Origin: Tubiluchus corallicola
Lineage: Eukaryota > Animalia > Priapulida
Assembly (NCBI GenBank): GCA_030141605.1
Contig: JAQGDQ010000010.1
Coordinates: 1,364,001-1,428,000, forward strand
DNA: 64,000 bases
Direction: 5' to 3'
The notes beneath the pieces were generated by a model. That model made no database searches, was not told where the DNA came from, and saw only the letters and a list, made by a program, of their open reading frames with translations. Shown piece after piece: positions 50,566 to 63,800 of the stretch. Made by a program: the position numbers and the translations under genes. Position 1 is the stretch's first letter. Each line of letters begins with the position of its first letter.

Positions 50566-53500
50566 CTGTAAACAGTTCAAGGATTTCTCATTAAAACAAC
50601 TGAATTCACCCCTTTTCTATTATTTTTTCCAGGCCTCAGTATCTATAATATTATCTTTAATATTATGAATTTTGTTTTTTGATAAAATATCAAAAAAATC
50701 CATAACGTATTAATATAATATACACAATTATAAAAATTGACATTTTTCATTTTTGCTAAAATAATTTAAAATTTAAAATTATTGTTAGAATTAACAGCAT
50801 TTTAATTGCTCATAATGCTACTGTTGTATTGGAAAATACCGTGAGTAAATAAAATAATTAAATTAAATTTTAAATTATTCGTCGTAAGAATTACAAACTA
50901 CAAACCCTTTATGATGGCGAGCTGTCTGATATATGTGAGAACAGCATTACTTTCTGCCAATTTAAACAAAAAAGCTTAAGAGTGGGGAAAAGGAATGGTC
51001 GAGTGATGCCTGCCATTCATCATGATACATGTAAGGCCTGTGTCACATAGAGAAAGTCGTAAGTAAGTAAGGAGCAAGCCATAAGGCCTCTTCCATCTTC
51101 CGTAACCTGCATGTCGTAATTTGCGGTAACTAGCAAGGCGTTTTGCCATAATCCGCTTTTTGCGGGAGGCTCGAAACTACTACATTTTAATATAATAGAT
51201 ACTATAGTTCAATAGCTAATATAATTTTACTCATTACGATACGGAATAACAGATTGTCAGTCGCATACATTGTTTTATATGATTGATTGGTATGCTGCCT
51301 CCTGCACACAGTATACTTTTCTTATGTGCATTCTAGTCACACGGGAGTGTTGGTTAGCATATGTTCATTATTCGTGGAGGCGGCTTCTGTCACTCCATTG
51401 TTCATATTGAAGTCAAGCTTACGATATCATAATATCTAAAATGCCTCTAAAATATGTATCTAAAATGTATATCTAAAATACGTTATGTTCCTAAGATATC
51501 AATTTTGCCAGGAATTCTTAGAATAAAGCTTACCATTCAAGCTAGGAGCTGGGTGCTGCGTCAGTAAAGTAGGTTGACTATGATGCAGTGCTGGCTGATA
51601 TCCAGGAAAACCAGGCCGAAACAATCCATTACTATTGGCAAACAAGTGGGTGTGGTCTGGTCGGACCGCTTGGAATGCTGCAGCCTGTGTGCGCAGAAAT
51701 GTGTCTAATCCTGTTGGTGGTGGTGGAGGCGGAGGATGTGGAGCAGCCTGAATTCTCGGCTCTGGTGTTCGTTCAATGGGAGCTTCGATTCTCTAGAAAA
51801 TACAAAATATTGAAGTGGCCAAGAATCAATCAGAATGCCATAATTACAATGATTGTCTTTTGTATATTTATGCAACTGATGCCTACAGAGCTTCCTTTAG
51901 TAGTTGAAGGACGGTATGCACCTTATTGCCATTTTATCTGCAAACCAAAACTGTTCCACATTATTAAGTGAAACAATAAAATATTGACATTTTAATTTGC
52001 CTCAGTTGTTGAATGGGGGGGGGGGAGAAGTTTATAAGAAAAGTCAATTTACTCACAGGAGGTGGAATGGGCTCTAGACCCATGCGTTTTCTCTTGGCAT
52101 TCGTACTTTCATTTTCACATGCAGCCGCTAGGATGCTCTCTGCCAATGCTGATGTCAGATGAGGTGGGGTAGGTCGAGACTAAAAACAAAGTACATATTT
52201 AAATAAATGTTACGATAACATTTTCAGGATAATATCAAATCTTGTCTTTTAAAGTTTAAAATTAAAACAATAAGAAACAAAAACATCGGAACCACAGTAT
52301 GCCAAATAGTCACAACGAGGTAGTTCATTATGGCAGTTTACTTAACCCACCATTCCAATATTCTTGAAATTATACCATGATTTATTTAAACACTGTAAGC
52401 ATGTGTTCTAATAATAATATTCATATTTTTTTAAATTGCAGTTTACTTGATTCGTGTAAGAATGGTAAATAAATTGTTTTTCCCAGTTAGGTTTATAGAC
52501 CTCTGAAAGTCTGAGAAACTATTCTTAGAACTAGTTTAAACTAGCCTGAGATGGGATTTGAGTGCACTACCCCCATGCTCTAACTAATCTTTTGCAAAAG
52601 CTAAGAAATTCACTTTAAATGCTTAAAGTAACATATTTATCTGACCCTCTTGCAGCAGATGGCATGAGCCTTTTTAAAAAACAGTTCGTGTGACATTTAG
52701 TCCAGCTTTATCGCAATAAAATATTCTGTCCATGATTTTTTGTACTTTTAATTTGATCATTGAAATGTAAAATAGACACAGTAATTAATAATTCAATCGG
52801 TTACATATAATCAATTAAAAGGCTGATTAACTGATGGAGGATGTACCAAAAAATTGCAGCAGTATTTGAATCCAAAACTTTCTGCTTACAATGCAGATGC
52901 TCTCCCGTGTAAGCTTCTGGCCCAGTGTATTTATATGTGCAATTTTTGTACATGAACTACACCTTGCTGGGCACTGCTTTGTCCAAAGTTAGAACTTTAG
53001 TGTTAACTGTATAACACGCACGTGTTTTAGCCAGACAGATAACAACAACCAGTGCAAAAAAAACACGAAGTGTGAGAAAGAGATAGAGAGAAGTATAAAC
53101 ACCGTTGTAGTGAACTTCAGTCTTACTGGATCCCATCCATTTTCTTTGGCCCGTTTCATGCGTCGACACGATTTCAGATATGTTCGTATTCGTTTTCGTG
53201 CTCGGTCATGGAAATCCGGAAACTGACGATTGCACGACTCGATGATGGCTTGCACCTTTTCCTTGGGCTGCTTTGAAATTGGCACCATTCTGTCGAGATT
53301 CTCATCAACAAACAGGCGAACAAACATCTGAAATTCAACATCTGTCTGACTATCATACTAAAAAGTGGCAAACTTATGCATAATATTAAGGTTTTTCATT
53401 CTGGAACGTTCAAATTGAGTTAATTCAGTGCATAAAATTTTGGCTAAACTGCAATTCTAATGAAAGCTCTAAAGCTGTTTGCCATGGACTGTGGGCTGTA

Positions 53501-56500
53501 ACAGTTCTACGGTGCTCCTCTTCAGTTTGAATTCCAAATATAGAGGTAACTCATGTTTTGTAGCTATAACATACATTTCATGATGCTGCTATCAAGGTGA
53601 ACATGAATATTATGAAACTTTATCACAATCTCTTTCATAAGCATTACTACTGGTGAATGTGCACAGACTATCACTGAATCTAATTAGAAGACTTTGTAAA
53701 CCTTACATTAAATGCTTTAAGACGCTCTGGGTCAACACCTTGGTTAGCAATGATTTTGTCATCGTCATCTTCATCGTCTTCTTCATCATCTTTGTCTTTC
53801 ACCGACAAGTCTTCTGGACCATCTCCAAGTGTTTCGGAATTCTGTTCATTTGAGGACGTCTTTTCATGAAACAATAAACAAAATTCAATGCAAGTTACTA
53901 CAGCCAATGGCATAACGTGCACAATATAACAAAATCTTTTTTGTGAATATAACTATCGTACTACAGTGGCTTTTTAACAACATCATCTGCAATTTGAAAT
54001 AAAATTGTGTGATACTATGCTTAAATTGTGTGTAATGTATAAATAAAAGTGACTTGCTCACTTACTTACCTACCTACCAACCTACTCACTGACTTACTTA
54101 TTTATCTGCTTAATACTACTTACCTATTTAATGTATACAATTTAATGTGCTCCATGTAAGAAATAAAATTCTATTGGTTTAAATAAATATTTATTATAAC
54201 AACATTTTGCACATACATTACAGTTCAAGAAACAGCAGACAAGCCTATTTAAAGTTGTCTAGACAGTAGATAAAGCATAAAAAATGACAGTTAAATTACA
54301 GTAATAATGTTCGTTTCAGTTTGTAAGGTTAGTATAAATCTTTGGTAAACTACGTAAATTGCAACATAAGTCTAATTTACAAAGACAGTTAGTACAATAA
54401 AATTCTATTTTACTTACTGAATGCAGTCCACTATTAAGCATCAGGTGTTTGAATTAACTTCTTGTCTAGAGATTTGTATGGTCAATAAATTTATTGACAA
54501 CCATCAAACTCTAGACAATTAAGCTATTTAGAGTCCATTCACTCCTATTAATTCAACAAACTCAAACTCGGTTCGGAGTTCCATTAAAGACATGGTATAC
54601 TAGGTGTACTAAATTGCCATACAACTTGTTTAGGGTGACAACGTAAAAAACAGAATTTTTTAGATTACATTTCTTACTTACCTCAGCACTTTCCACGTCA
54701 CTAGCTCGACGCTTTCGTTCATTCTGAGCCAGAGCCGCCAGCTGGATCATGTGACTGCTGACATCAGTGTTATCAGCATGGGACGTCGTGTACTTGCTGA
54801 ACGTTTGCGTCCAGTCCAACATGGAGGACGGTGTGTTAGGTTTCTGACTCATGTCCATTGGTTCACTTTCCTGCTTTGCTATGGCGTTGCTATCGTTGAC
54901 TTCAGGTCCAGATAGACTAGGAGCGGATGGTTCGGAATGTTCGACAGCTTCATCTATTTCAAGTTTAGCATCAGGGTTGGGAGCTTCTGTCTCTGTATAA
55001 ATAACATTGTAATCATTAGTGGGCAATAGTAGCGCATTCTTTCTTGGTATGGGGGCATACCAGTAACCTTTCAGTTTATGCCTCAATACCAACTCAGGCA
55101 TTCAGCTTTATAGACTTTGCATTTCTCATAAACAGTGAAAAATACTTGAAATCAGCAGTAAGAAAAAACTCTTTATCTGAACAGAATTGGCCCAGTTTTC
55201 AGCCATTTGTTGGTGAAAGGTGTGCACGCACTGCGTCAGTTAACTTTTAGAAATCCGACATGTTTCAGTTGTTGTTTAACCAAGTAACTGCATTTCTTCG
55301 CCTCTTCCCTCCCCCAGAATTTTGTATCAAAATTCACAAATTTGTAATTGTTCTTGTCAGACAAACAATATGCTTAATGCTAAAAAGCTGGAACAATTAG
55401 ATAATTAATAAAAAATTAATATTTTTTATTAAAAAGTTTGAAAAAGTACATCGGTACATCACTGTGTGTTAGCTTTAAAACGGAGAGAAAGGTTACTCAC
55501 ACTCATACCGCATTCGGTAAATTTTCAGTTTTTAAAATTTATAACAGAATCTCTAAACATCAAAAACAAACATTATTGAAGCACACACGCAATATAGAGG
55601 AAACCACAAAGAAATACCTATCGGTACTAATACTAAAATTTAAGAATGAAAGCACAAAAAGGCATACGTGACACAATGGTTTACTGAAATGCGTTATATC
55701 CTAAAAGCGTTTTTTTCTTTGTTTATTTTGTTGTTATTGAGTGTTTCGCTAATTATTATTGTAAATTCCTAAACTCATACAGGCTTGTTATAAAATATTG
55801 AGATCAGAGCAAAATGGTGTATTGATTTTTTTGTTGCACGGGAGCAAAACTTTGCTTCCATAGGCTAAGTGCAAGTTCGTCTAATTTTTGACTGATTGGA
55901 TATGAGTGATATAGTCAATTGGCGCTTGATTGCGATTTGTATTGACAAAGATTGCTAAAGACAATAGAAAAAAAGAAAGCACGTGTTGTACGCCAAGCAA
56001 AGCAAACAAATACGTATGGTGTTATAAAAAGTGAAGAAGAACATCGATGGGTAAACGACATTTTTAAATGTAAACAACTAGTCTGAACTGTGGCTGGACC
56101 GAAACTCGTCTTGGTTAAAATTTAAGTTTGTATGAACCGCTAGCCGGGAAATATCTTCCATGTTTTACACAGTTTAACAATATGTAGCAGCGGAAACCAT
56201 TTTCCCATAAGAGATTTCAGGAAGTGAATGTGAATTTATGTTCGTATTTTAATAAGAAAGTGGGCTCTTCAACTAAACCGGGTAACGATATACAATGCTG
56301 ATATACATAAGTACATTGTCTGTATTTTGAAAGCCCAATAAGCAGTCTAGGAAAGCAACTGTAAAACAAAGTTTCACGAAACCGGAACTGGGATTTTTTT
56401 CTAGATTGCAAACGTTCTATCATCCCTCAGTGCTCACCCTCAGTGATGTTGTCGCTCTTACTCTTGTCCTGCGACGTCTTGTTACTGTCGTCTACCTCTG

Positions 56501-56672
56501 CAGCAGTTGCTGTTGGCTTACATGAATTCTCACTGTCTTCTAGTCCAGAATCACTCTCCTACAAATGTCATAGATAATAATTGTTGTGATCATTATGACA
56601 CTAGTAGAGTAACAGTAATAGCATCACATGAGCTGAATTTAGGCGGCTCACCCAGGAAAATTCGGCACTCAT
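50408..56672 (-). CDS. NOL4: Nucleolar protein 4 family (NOL4/NOL4L), 448 aa as modelled; complement(join(50408..50565,51534..51792,52057..52179,53127..53327,53707..53859,54682..54992,56438..56558,56652..56672))
   Basis: Near-identity to NOL4 hallmark segments: [106 protein letters not shown]. All introns GT-AG with matching phases; total 1347 nt. The two 5'-most exons are less certain. Confidence 0.9.
51534..51792 (-). CDS. NOL4: NOL4 proline-rich exon
   Basis: ttttctag|AGA...AATG|gtaagc. Encodes [26 protein letters not shown]...; phases fit both neighbours. Confidence 0.85.
52057..52179 (-). CDS. NOL4: NOL4 exon
   Basis: tttttag|TCT...CCT|gtgagt. Encodes [34 protein letters not shown]. 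Confidence 0.95.
53127..53327 (-). CDS. NOL4: NOL4 conserved helical-domain exon
   Basis: tttcag|ATG...CCA|gtaaga. Encodes [24 protein letters not shown]... Confidence 0.97.
53707..53859 (-). CDS. NOL4: NOL4 acidic exon
   Basis: Encodes PEDLS, an acidic tract and DPERLKAFN|gtaagg. The acceptor could be 18 nt further downstream. Confidence 0.9.
54682..54992 (-). CDS. NOL4: NOL4 exon (low-complexity region)
   Basis: ttatacag|AG...GAG|gtaagt, within ORF 54562-55101. Contains PMDMS and the basic cluster RKRR. Confidence 0.8.
56438..56558 (-). CDS. NOL4: NOL4 exon
   Basis: tttgtag|GAG AGT GAT...GAG G|gtgagc. Open frame [16 protein letters not shown]...; phase 1 fits the next exon. Confidence 0.72.
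56652..56672 (-). CDS. NOL4: Candidate first coding exon of a short NOL4 isoform (MSAEFSW)
   Basis: ATG directly after an in-frame TGA. Strong donor TGG|gtgagc, phase 0, 93-nt intron to the next exon. Confidence 0.5.
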
Positions 56673-58747
56673 TCACTTGGTTTTTACACTAAATTATGCG
56701 TTTCACTTTTTTACTGCCGACACTACGGTAAAAACATCAGAAACAACTTGTAGTGCTTCGACGCAGTCTAGGCGGAAGTGGTCCTCCGTAGGCCACTTCA
56801 CGGTTATTACTTTAATTTTGTTAACTTCTGTTACGTCTTCAGTTGGTAAAAAAATGGGTCATGATTTTTCGAAAATTTTCGTTGTAAGTTGACAGTTAAC
56901 CTTAATTGTAAGGCAGACATTGACACTATGTTTATAGCGAAAATGATACTACACATGGCTACTACAGATCTATTTCTATTACAATTTTCTATTTCAGATA
57001 ACAGCACAATAATTCGTAAAAATGATATTGGTCTTCATGCAAGAAGTGGCGTTAAAAATCACAATAATGCAAACGTAAGATATAAAAACTTTTAAATGTT
57101 ATCCATATGTAGAAGTTTCTTGCACAAGAGTAACTTCTGGCCTAGTATAGAAAAAAAATTCTAGGTTAACATAACACAAGTAAGTTGTTTTTTTTGTTAT
57201 TATTTTTGCGATAAATATAGATCTAAGGATGAAACACATGAGATTTGAAATAAGGAAAGCACTAATTCTTATAACTTCGCATAAACAAGCGACAAATTTA
57301 ATGGAAAAAATCGACCGAGAAAAACAAGACCGAAAAAAGTAATTTACTTTTATATAAGATACGTAAAGACAAGATAAATCACTTCAATTGAAAGACTTTG
57401 TAAAGCACTAGCAGGTGCAAAACAACTAATCAAATATGCAAATCAGTGAGGACCAACTGCGAGCAATAGTCAACTCAGCAAACAATATGGCCGACCTTGC
57501 TATTTTATCGCGAAGCCACAGTCCCCCGTTTTTCAACCAACTCGGTAACGTGAACTTTAAAATCTCACTGCTATAATCAATACCGGCCTGCCTGAGCTTG
57601 CATACTTAAAATGTGGACTTGGATAAATTAACGAATCGATGCAGAGGTTCATGCATCTCATTACGAGCGCAGAGCTCCTCTTCTGTCTCTCCGAAGCAGC
57701 AGTGATGTCATTAAAATACAAGAGGCTTTAGTGGCGCTTCGCAAGGAAAGGCTGTATCATTTAGGCTGTTTTTCAATTGCAAGTTCATTCTTAGATAAGT
57801 GTTTTGTTTGCTTAATTACATGAAATGACTATTTTGATTAGCTATGATTTAGTTCTCCACCAAAAGGGTATGATTATTTCCCATTTTCTACATCTAGAGT
57901 TGACGTCCTTTTAAAGATATTCCTTGTCACTGGAGGTAACTTGATTCCAATACAAACTCACAAAACTTATTTTGTTTCTGCATTTCATACATGCCAGAAA
58001 TCAGCCATATCAGGGTAATCAAAAGGAAAGCTCTGTAACTCTGTAGCAGATAAATACGCTCTGTTTAGCTTATTTCAGTGACATGGTAATTGGCAGACCC
58101 GTTTTACATTAAACAGTAAAGTCAAGTAATATGGTGTGGACCACGCGACAAAAGTAGTGGCATCTAGTACAGCCGAGAAACATCCCCACAACTAGTTTAG
58201 TGACGTAACCGTGACGTACCGTCCTAAATAATTAGCTACTAACCCCCGCACTGGGCTGCATGAGTTATCGTTTTGTGCAGTTAAGAGCTATTTTTATATC
58301 ATAATGACACGTATCACCTTTTCTTTTTTAAAACCATCTTTGCACTACTGCAGCACTCTATAGTTCCTACAGTGGTAGTGTTTATCTGTCAGAATAGTAT
58401 CATTTTGAACATAATTTGAAGCATCTTTACTTATGTTAAACGTATTAATCATACTACAATATGCATTGCGTAACAAAAAATGAAGACGAAACTCCACAAA
58501 TTTCTTTCTATACACAGACATTCTTCTATATCTTCACAGTTGTAATTTTTCAATGAGTTAGTCAATGAGCATAAAACTGTGAGAAATAAAAACCGTAAGG
58601 AGTTTTGAAAGCAAATTTGGATAACTCGAGAGCAACAAAAGATATAGATTTTTGTGATGTAATCGCTAAACGTTAGTGGGTGGTTCAAGTTAAAATGTTA
58701 ATATGCTAATGTCTATGCTCTCTGCGGTCCAAATCACCGTGTCTATG

Positions 58748-58838
58748 CGAAGGCTGATCGGGCCACTAGGTTATAAATTGTAGTTATAAATATATATATA
58801 AACTACAATTTATAACCTAGTGGCTCGATCAGTCTTCG
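58748..58838. repeat. Near-perfect hairpin (38-bp arms, AT loop)
   Basis: 58748-58785 against 58801-58838 shows two mismatches, both G-U compatible on the + strand. Confidence 0.9.
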
Positions 58839-61114
58839 TTATTTTATAACGTTTTATTGTAAGGTATCGCACCAAACAAGCAGTTCGGCCTAAATTTAAT
58901 AATCACCAACTAAAGACGCAATAAAATAACTTGTAGTAGTTTAAGTCGAATTTAAAGCAGACCAATTGTAAGGTGGAAAATTGAAAAAATTTAGGAGTGA
59001 AATTTTTAGGGTAAATTGGGTTTGAATCAAAAGCCGTTGCAATACGAAGGCAAAACAGGTCACTAAACTGGCTAATTTAACTTCGGACAGCCATGATTCT
59101 AAAAATCACGAACTTCTTCCTTTCCGTTCCCTTTTTTTTCTTCTTCAATGGAACATTTTGATTTGCATGATTATTTAGCATTAACTCTATATATGATTCT
59201 TACATGCTTCCCAAATATTGATACTGCTTTAGGAAAACTACTTGTGGCATATCAGGTTTGTGTTTCAATCAACAAATGAAGGTAAGCGTGTGCATAACCA
59301 ATTATAAAATATTAAGTAACTCTGAAGAATTTTTCAAATATTTCCTAAGTAACATATACAAGCCAGTACCACAAGAGATCCTCATAAAGGCTTGAGCCTT
59401 TCCAGAAATGCAGACGTCGTCGACGAATTTGCAAATCATTTGTTGCATCAATTCGCATAAAATTTGCTAGCGCTTCGCATCAACTGGACATTATCATCGA
59501 AAATTCCAATAACCCATAAGGACACATACACAAACAACGTGCCGCCTTCGGCAATTACTTGTTAAGAGATGCCCGACTCAAAGGAGTTATGAGGAGGTCT
59601 TACAAAGTCGTCACGATCACCATGGCAACCAGGATTCTGCTGAAACGGAAACCAGTGTGCTGCTATTAGGCTGAGACAATAAATAGGGGGCAAGAATCTA
59701 TCCAGTAGCGTTTTGTGTCACCGAGCCTAAATGTTGCATCAATCAATTGACTGCGCCTGGAAACACTAATCTAAGGATGAACGAAAAGTAGAGGTTATTG
59801 GAAATGAAAACATGTTTTACTTATCAGCAAGACCGGCAACTACTCATTGGTCGAGATTTGGCAATTTCTGCACCATTGTTAATCATTGGTTCTAGACATG
59901 CATGCTTACGTAAAGTACTGAGTTTATTCATTCCGGTAATGTGAATCCAAAATGTTGACATATTGCATAGCTTAAACGTGATTCTGCGGATTTTTCGCTG
60001 TGGTGAAATCAATTCATTCTGGCTATAAAGCCGTCGTTTATAAACTTTCGCGTCTAAACATTTTTGGTAAAACTTTATTTGTTCATTCAAAATAATCGGG
60101 TCGCCAATATCTACTACAAAAAACAGTCAAAAAAAGGCCGCAACAAGTGCTTAGACTTATATTCGTACAGTTCGCCCAGAATTCAAATTGTTCGTCAAAA
60201 CAAAACAGCTTATGAATCCAGGAAAAACTGACTTTCTTGGCAAAGCTAAATTTTCTCCAGGACACTAGTTAGAACTGGAGTAAAGGAATTCTAGTAGATG
60301 TACAATTGTACAGCAATGGATACATCTTCCAAATGATTTTAACATGTAACTTACAATGGGCAAAGATTTGTTACCAAGTCAAAAGGCTTCTCTATTCAGC
60401 ACGCTCCGCATTTTCCAATTGCCAGGCCGAATTTAAAAGATTGCCCTGAGTCTGGTTTCCTCGTTGTGTTGGAAATGTTTTGAAAATTAAAGCGATTCAA
60501 AAAAGACCACTAAGTATAAGTGTCTTCTTGACAAATGTCAAATTCCGATTTATGGCACTAGGTTGACTGTTTCGGGCTCAGCAGCCTAAAGCAGAACAGA
60601 GACTTGACATTTATTTTGCTTGACTTTAAAGCTTTAAACGACATGTTAGGACTCCGGCTGGACCAAAACGTCTTTTGGCTTCAGAGACACTCTAATTCAG
60701 CTCAAATCTTTTAAAATACTGATAAAAAAGGAAGCCAAGTGTAACTGGAAAAAGAATATGTGCCATAAAAATGTATTAGTACTCATCCTTGTTTCCTAAT
60801 TTGTAATTTTTGTGGTATTTGTGGTTTAATTAAGTTTACTGTATGCATTTTCAGCGTATAAATTTAATATTAAAAATCAGATTTATATATTTGCAGTTTT
60901 GGCTAAAATATCTTGGTGTAACTGCATTTCTGACATAACTTGTGAATAGCAAACAGTTAATATTACTTGGGAATTTAACTGTCTGCTAATCTACGATATG
61001 CAGGTGCACAGCTGTACATACGCTTATGTCTCTGACGCTGCAGTATATCATAACTTTTTCGTTGGTTTCAGTCAAGTGTATGTCAAAAGGTATTCTCTAC
61101 TATGTTGCATGTAA

Positions 61115-61183
61115 CGATGATGATGATGGTGGTGGTGATGGTGATGATGATGATGATGATGATGATGACGATGATGATGATGA
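61115..61183. repeat. (GAT)n microsatellite
   Basis: Directly visible. Confidence 0.95.
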
Positions 61184-63800
61184 CATTATTGGTACAACTT
61201 GCTTGCAACACAATCACGGGTGATCGTAATCAAGATCTTACAATCATGCACACTTAACAGTCAATACCTAGGGCTGATGAAGCCAGGTGAGAATTTCGTT
61301 TTTAATTTAGAGAATCAAAAGAACGTTGCGTCACTTCGTTTTCTAAGGTATTGTACAAGCTGTCAAGACTACCTGAAAGAATAGCTTTGTCACCCGACTC
61401 AGTGAATTACTAAATTTTATAAATTTGGAATAAAATGGCAGTACGCATTGTTACCTAGGTCAAAAATACAGCTATGTGAGATTCAGCATTGATATACTCA
61501 CACTGTTACAAAAGCAGCAATCATAATTTCACGAGGATCAAGTCCAATTATATCATGTACTAATATTTTTGCATCTCGCTCCCAGTAAGTGGTGAAATGA
61601 GCAAAAGTAGCGTAATTTTTCAAACACGAGGAACATGGCGTGCGTGCAAGGAAGCAGTTGAGGATCTCTTTTATAGATCAGAACAAAGTCGAGATTCTTG
61701 TTTTCTGGAAGGTCAAGTATAAGCCGGGTACGAGATGTGATTTTTAATCAGCAATATACAGAACTCGTCGAAATACAAAGTATGAGGAGTTGAGATAACA
61801 AGCGAGATAATGTTGTACAGAATATGACGGTGCAGAAGCAAAATTAAAAAACTAAAGAAACTTCAACGGCAAAGCGAATATTTGGGAAATTTGAAAAAGC
61901 GTCTTCAAATTTGCGTAATCAAATTTGAAGCGAACTAAAATTGTTGCTCCGAATTTGTAATGATGGAATGTTTGTATTATCAAAGCCGTGTCTTGCCATC
62001 GCCCTGCCTTTTTTGTCTCACTATGGTGTAGTTTGAGCCTACGTCATTTTGTTTTGCTTGAAATTATGCTCATCAAATGTGTTACTCTGTTTTAATTTCT
62101 AAAATCAAGGAGGTCAGCAACATAAAAAATCTTTCATTGCACAAGATTACTGAGGTCTGGAGCATTTCTGTCAAGTAATAACAGGAATATTTATTTAATA
62201 AAAACTGGCAATTTCACGAAAACAGCTATTGTGCAGCCATCTTCTAACAGTTAATCAAAATGGCAGAAACTTTACAGCTTTAACTAGCTCATTGATTACA
62301 GTCTTTACGTTGTACTCTTTGATTCATTGTATGTTACAGCGGAATACTACAGCAAACAATCAATTTTCTTAACTGACGAATTAATTCACAAAAATATTTC
62401 TTCTCTTCCGTAAGCGCTGACATATTGTTACACGCTTGTTAACACGCTGCAAGCAGTTTTCTCTGTAAAATCCATGATAGCTTACAACGTGCGTGAAAGA
62501 CGACTATTACGACTATAACGCTTATAATGGTGAGAGAAGTGTTTCATTATAATCTTACGATGGGCAGTTAACAAAATCGTGATTAGTATTATCACTGATA
62601 TGCAGCTAACCCACTTTTTTTGTTTTCGGTCTCAGCAACACCAATTATTGCTCATAAAACTCCATTTTTATGTTCCAATTACCCAGTAGTCATATTCTTA
62701 AATTAGCGTCTAGAATTAATTTGCATAAACAATGCAACAATCTCGCGTTTAAAAGGCTATTAACGTCTTTTTAATTAGTAATTAACAGTTTTCTAACGGC
62801 AAAATTTTAAGCATGCAGTCAAGTGCTGCAGTACAATTTCAAAACTTTATGTAAAATGTGCGAAAGTTCAGAAGTAAAATGACTAAAGTTAACAAACTGT
62901 TTTTCTGTCTCAATGCTAGCAACTATTGCAGCCAATTGTTGCCAAAAAGCATAGGTTTACAAAGGTAAAAGGATCAGTGAATTTTTAAATACGTTGAATG
63001 TGTTAAAAATTCGTAAAATATAGTTTCACCCGCTAGTAGCCATCGTATGTATGAAAGGCTCCAGTTAGTAATCTTACATTTTTTTTACAAAATGTAAACG
63101 TGCTAAGGAAAACTCGTTTCATTTTCCTAATAAACGGCTAATCTTTAAAATGGCGGCGACTAGTTGGTTAGCGCGGGAGTTCAAAGTTTTACATACTGTT
63201 TATTGAGTTAAGTCACTGGGTTACTAACATGATAATAACACTAGAAATACATGATATAAAATAAAAAGCGAGTTCTTAGCTGTTTGTGAAAATTTCTTGA
63301 CCTTGTACTTTAACTAAGCTTGACACTAACATCATTGTCATCATTTTTAAATAGAAAAATATTTAAGATCCTTGGAATTGAAGAGCAACCTAATAATAAC
63401 AGCATGCTGCTGTTATTCCTAATCACGTAATTAGTCACTAATTCGTCATTTTGATTGTTTCTAATTAACGAATCAATAATGAAAGCAGATAAAAACAGAT
63501 CCAGGCGGAACTTCGGAAGAACACGTATTGGCATTCGCTGTCTGCTCGTTAAGAAATGAAATGGAAAATCTCAGCTTTTAGTTTTAGGTTACACTCGAGC
63601 CAAAAATGTTATTATATGTAATTATTTATGACTATCATTTTAATTCCATTCACTGGGGTTTTTTGCCAGTCAATGGTCTTTTACTCATTAGTGAGGCGCT
63701 TACGTCTTGCATAAACGAACGTCTCATTCAATCAATTTACGCTATCGAAATATGATTAGTTTTAGTTAAATGCCGTGATACTATAGTAATGAAGTCTTAC

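Noticed and set aside
51588-51971. 127-aa plus-strand ORF
   Set aside because: Antisense shadow of the proline-rich NOL4 exon.
54993-55101. N-terminal part of ORF 54562-55101 as the NOL4 start
   Set aside because: It begins at a non-ATG codon. A good acceptor at 54993 with a phase-matched upstream exon explains the coding part.
57670-57760. Minus-strand resemblance to the NOL4 N-terminal YAFLPREAV..LMSCSECQKR exon
   Set aside because: The match needs several indels and lacks the Cys pair and proper splice sites; probably chance. tblastn would settle it.
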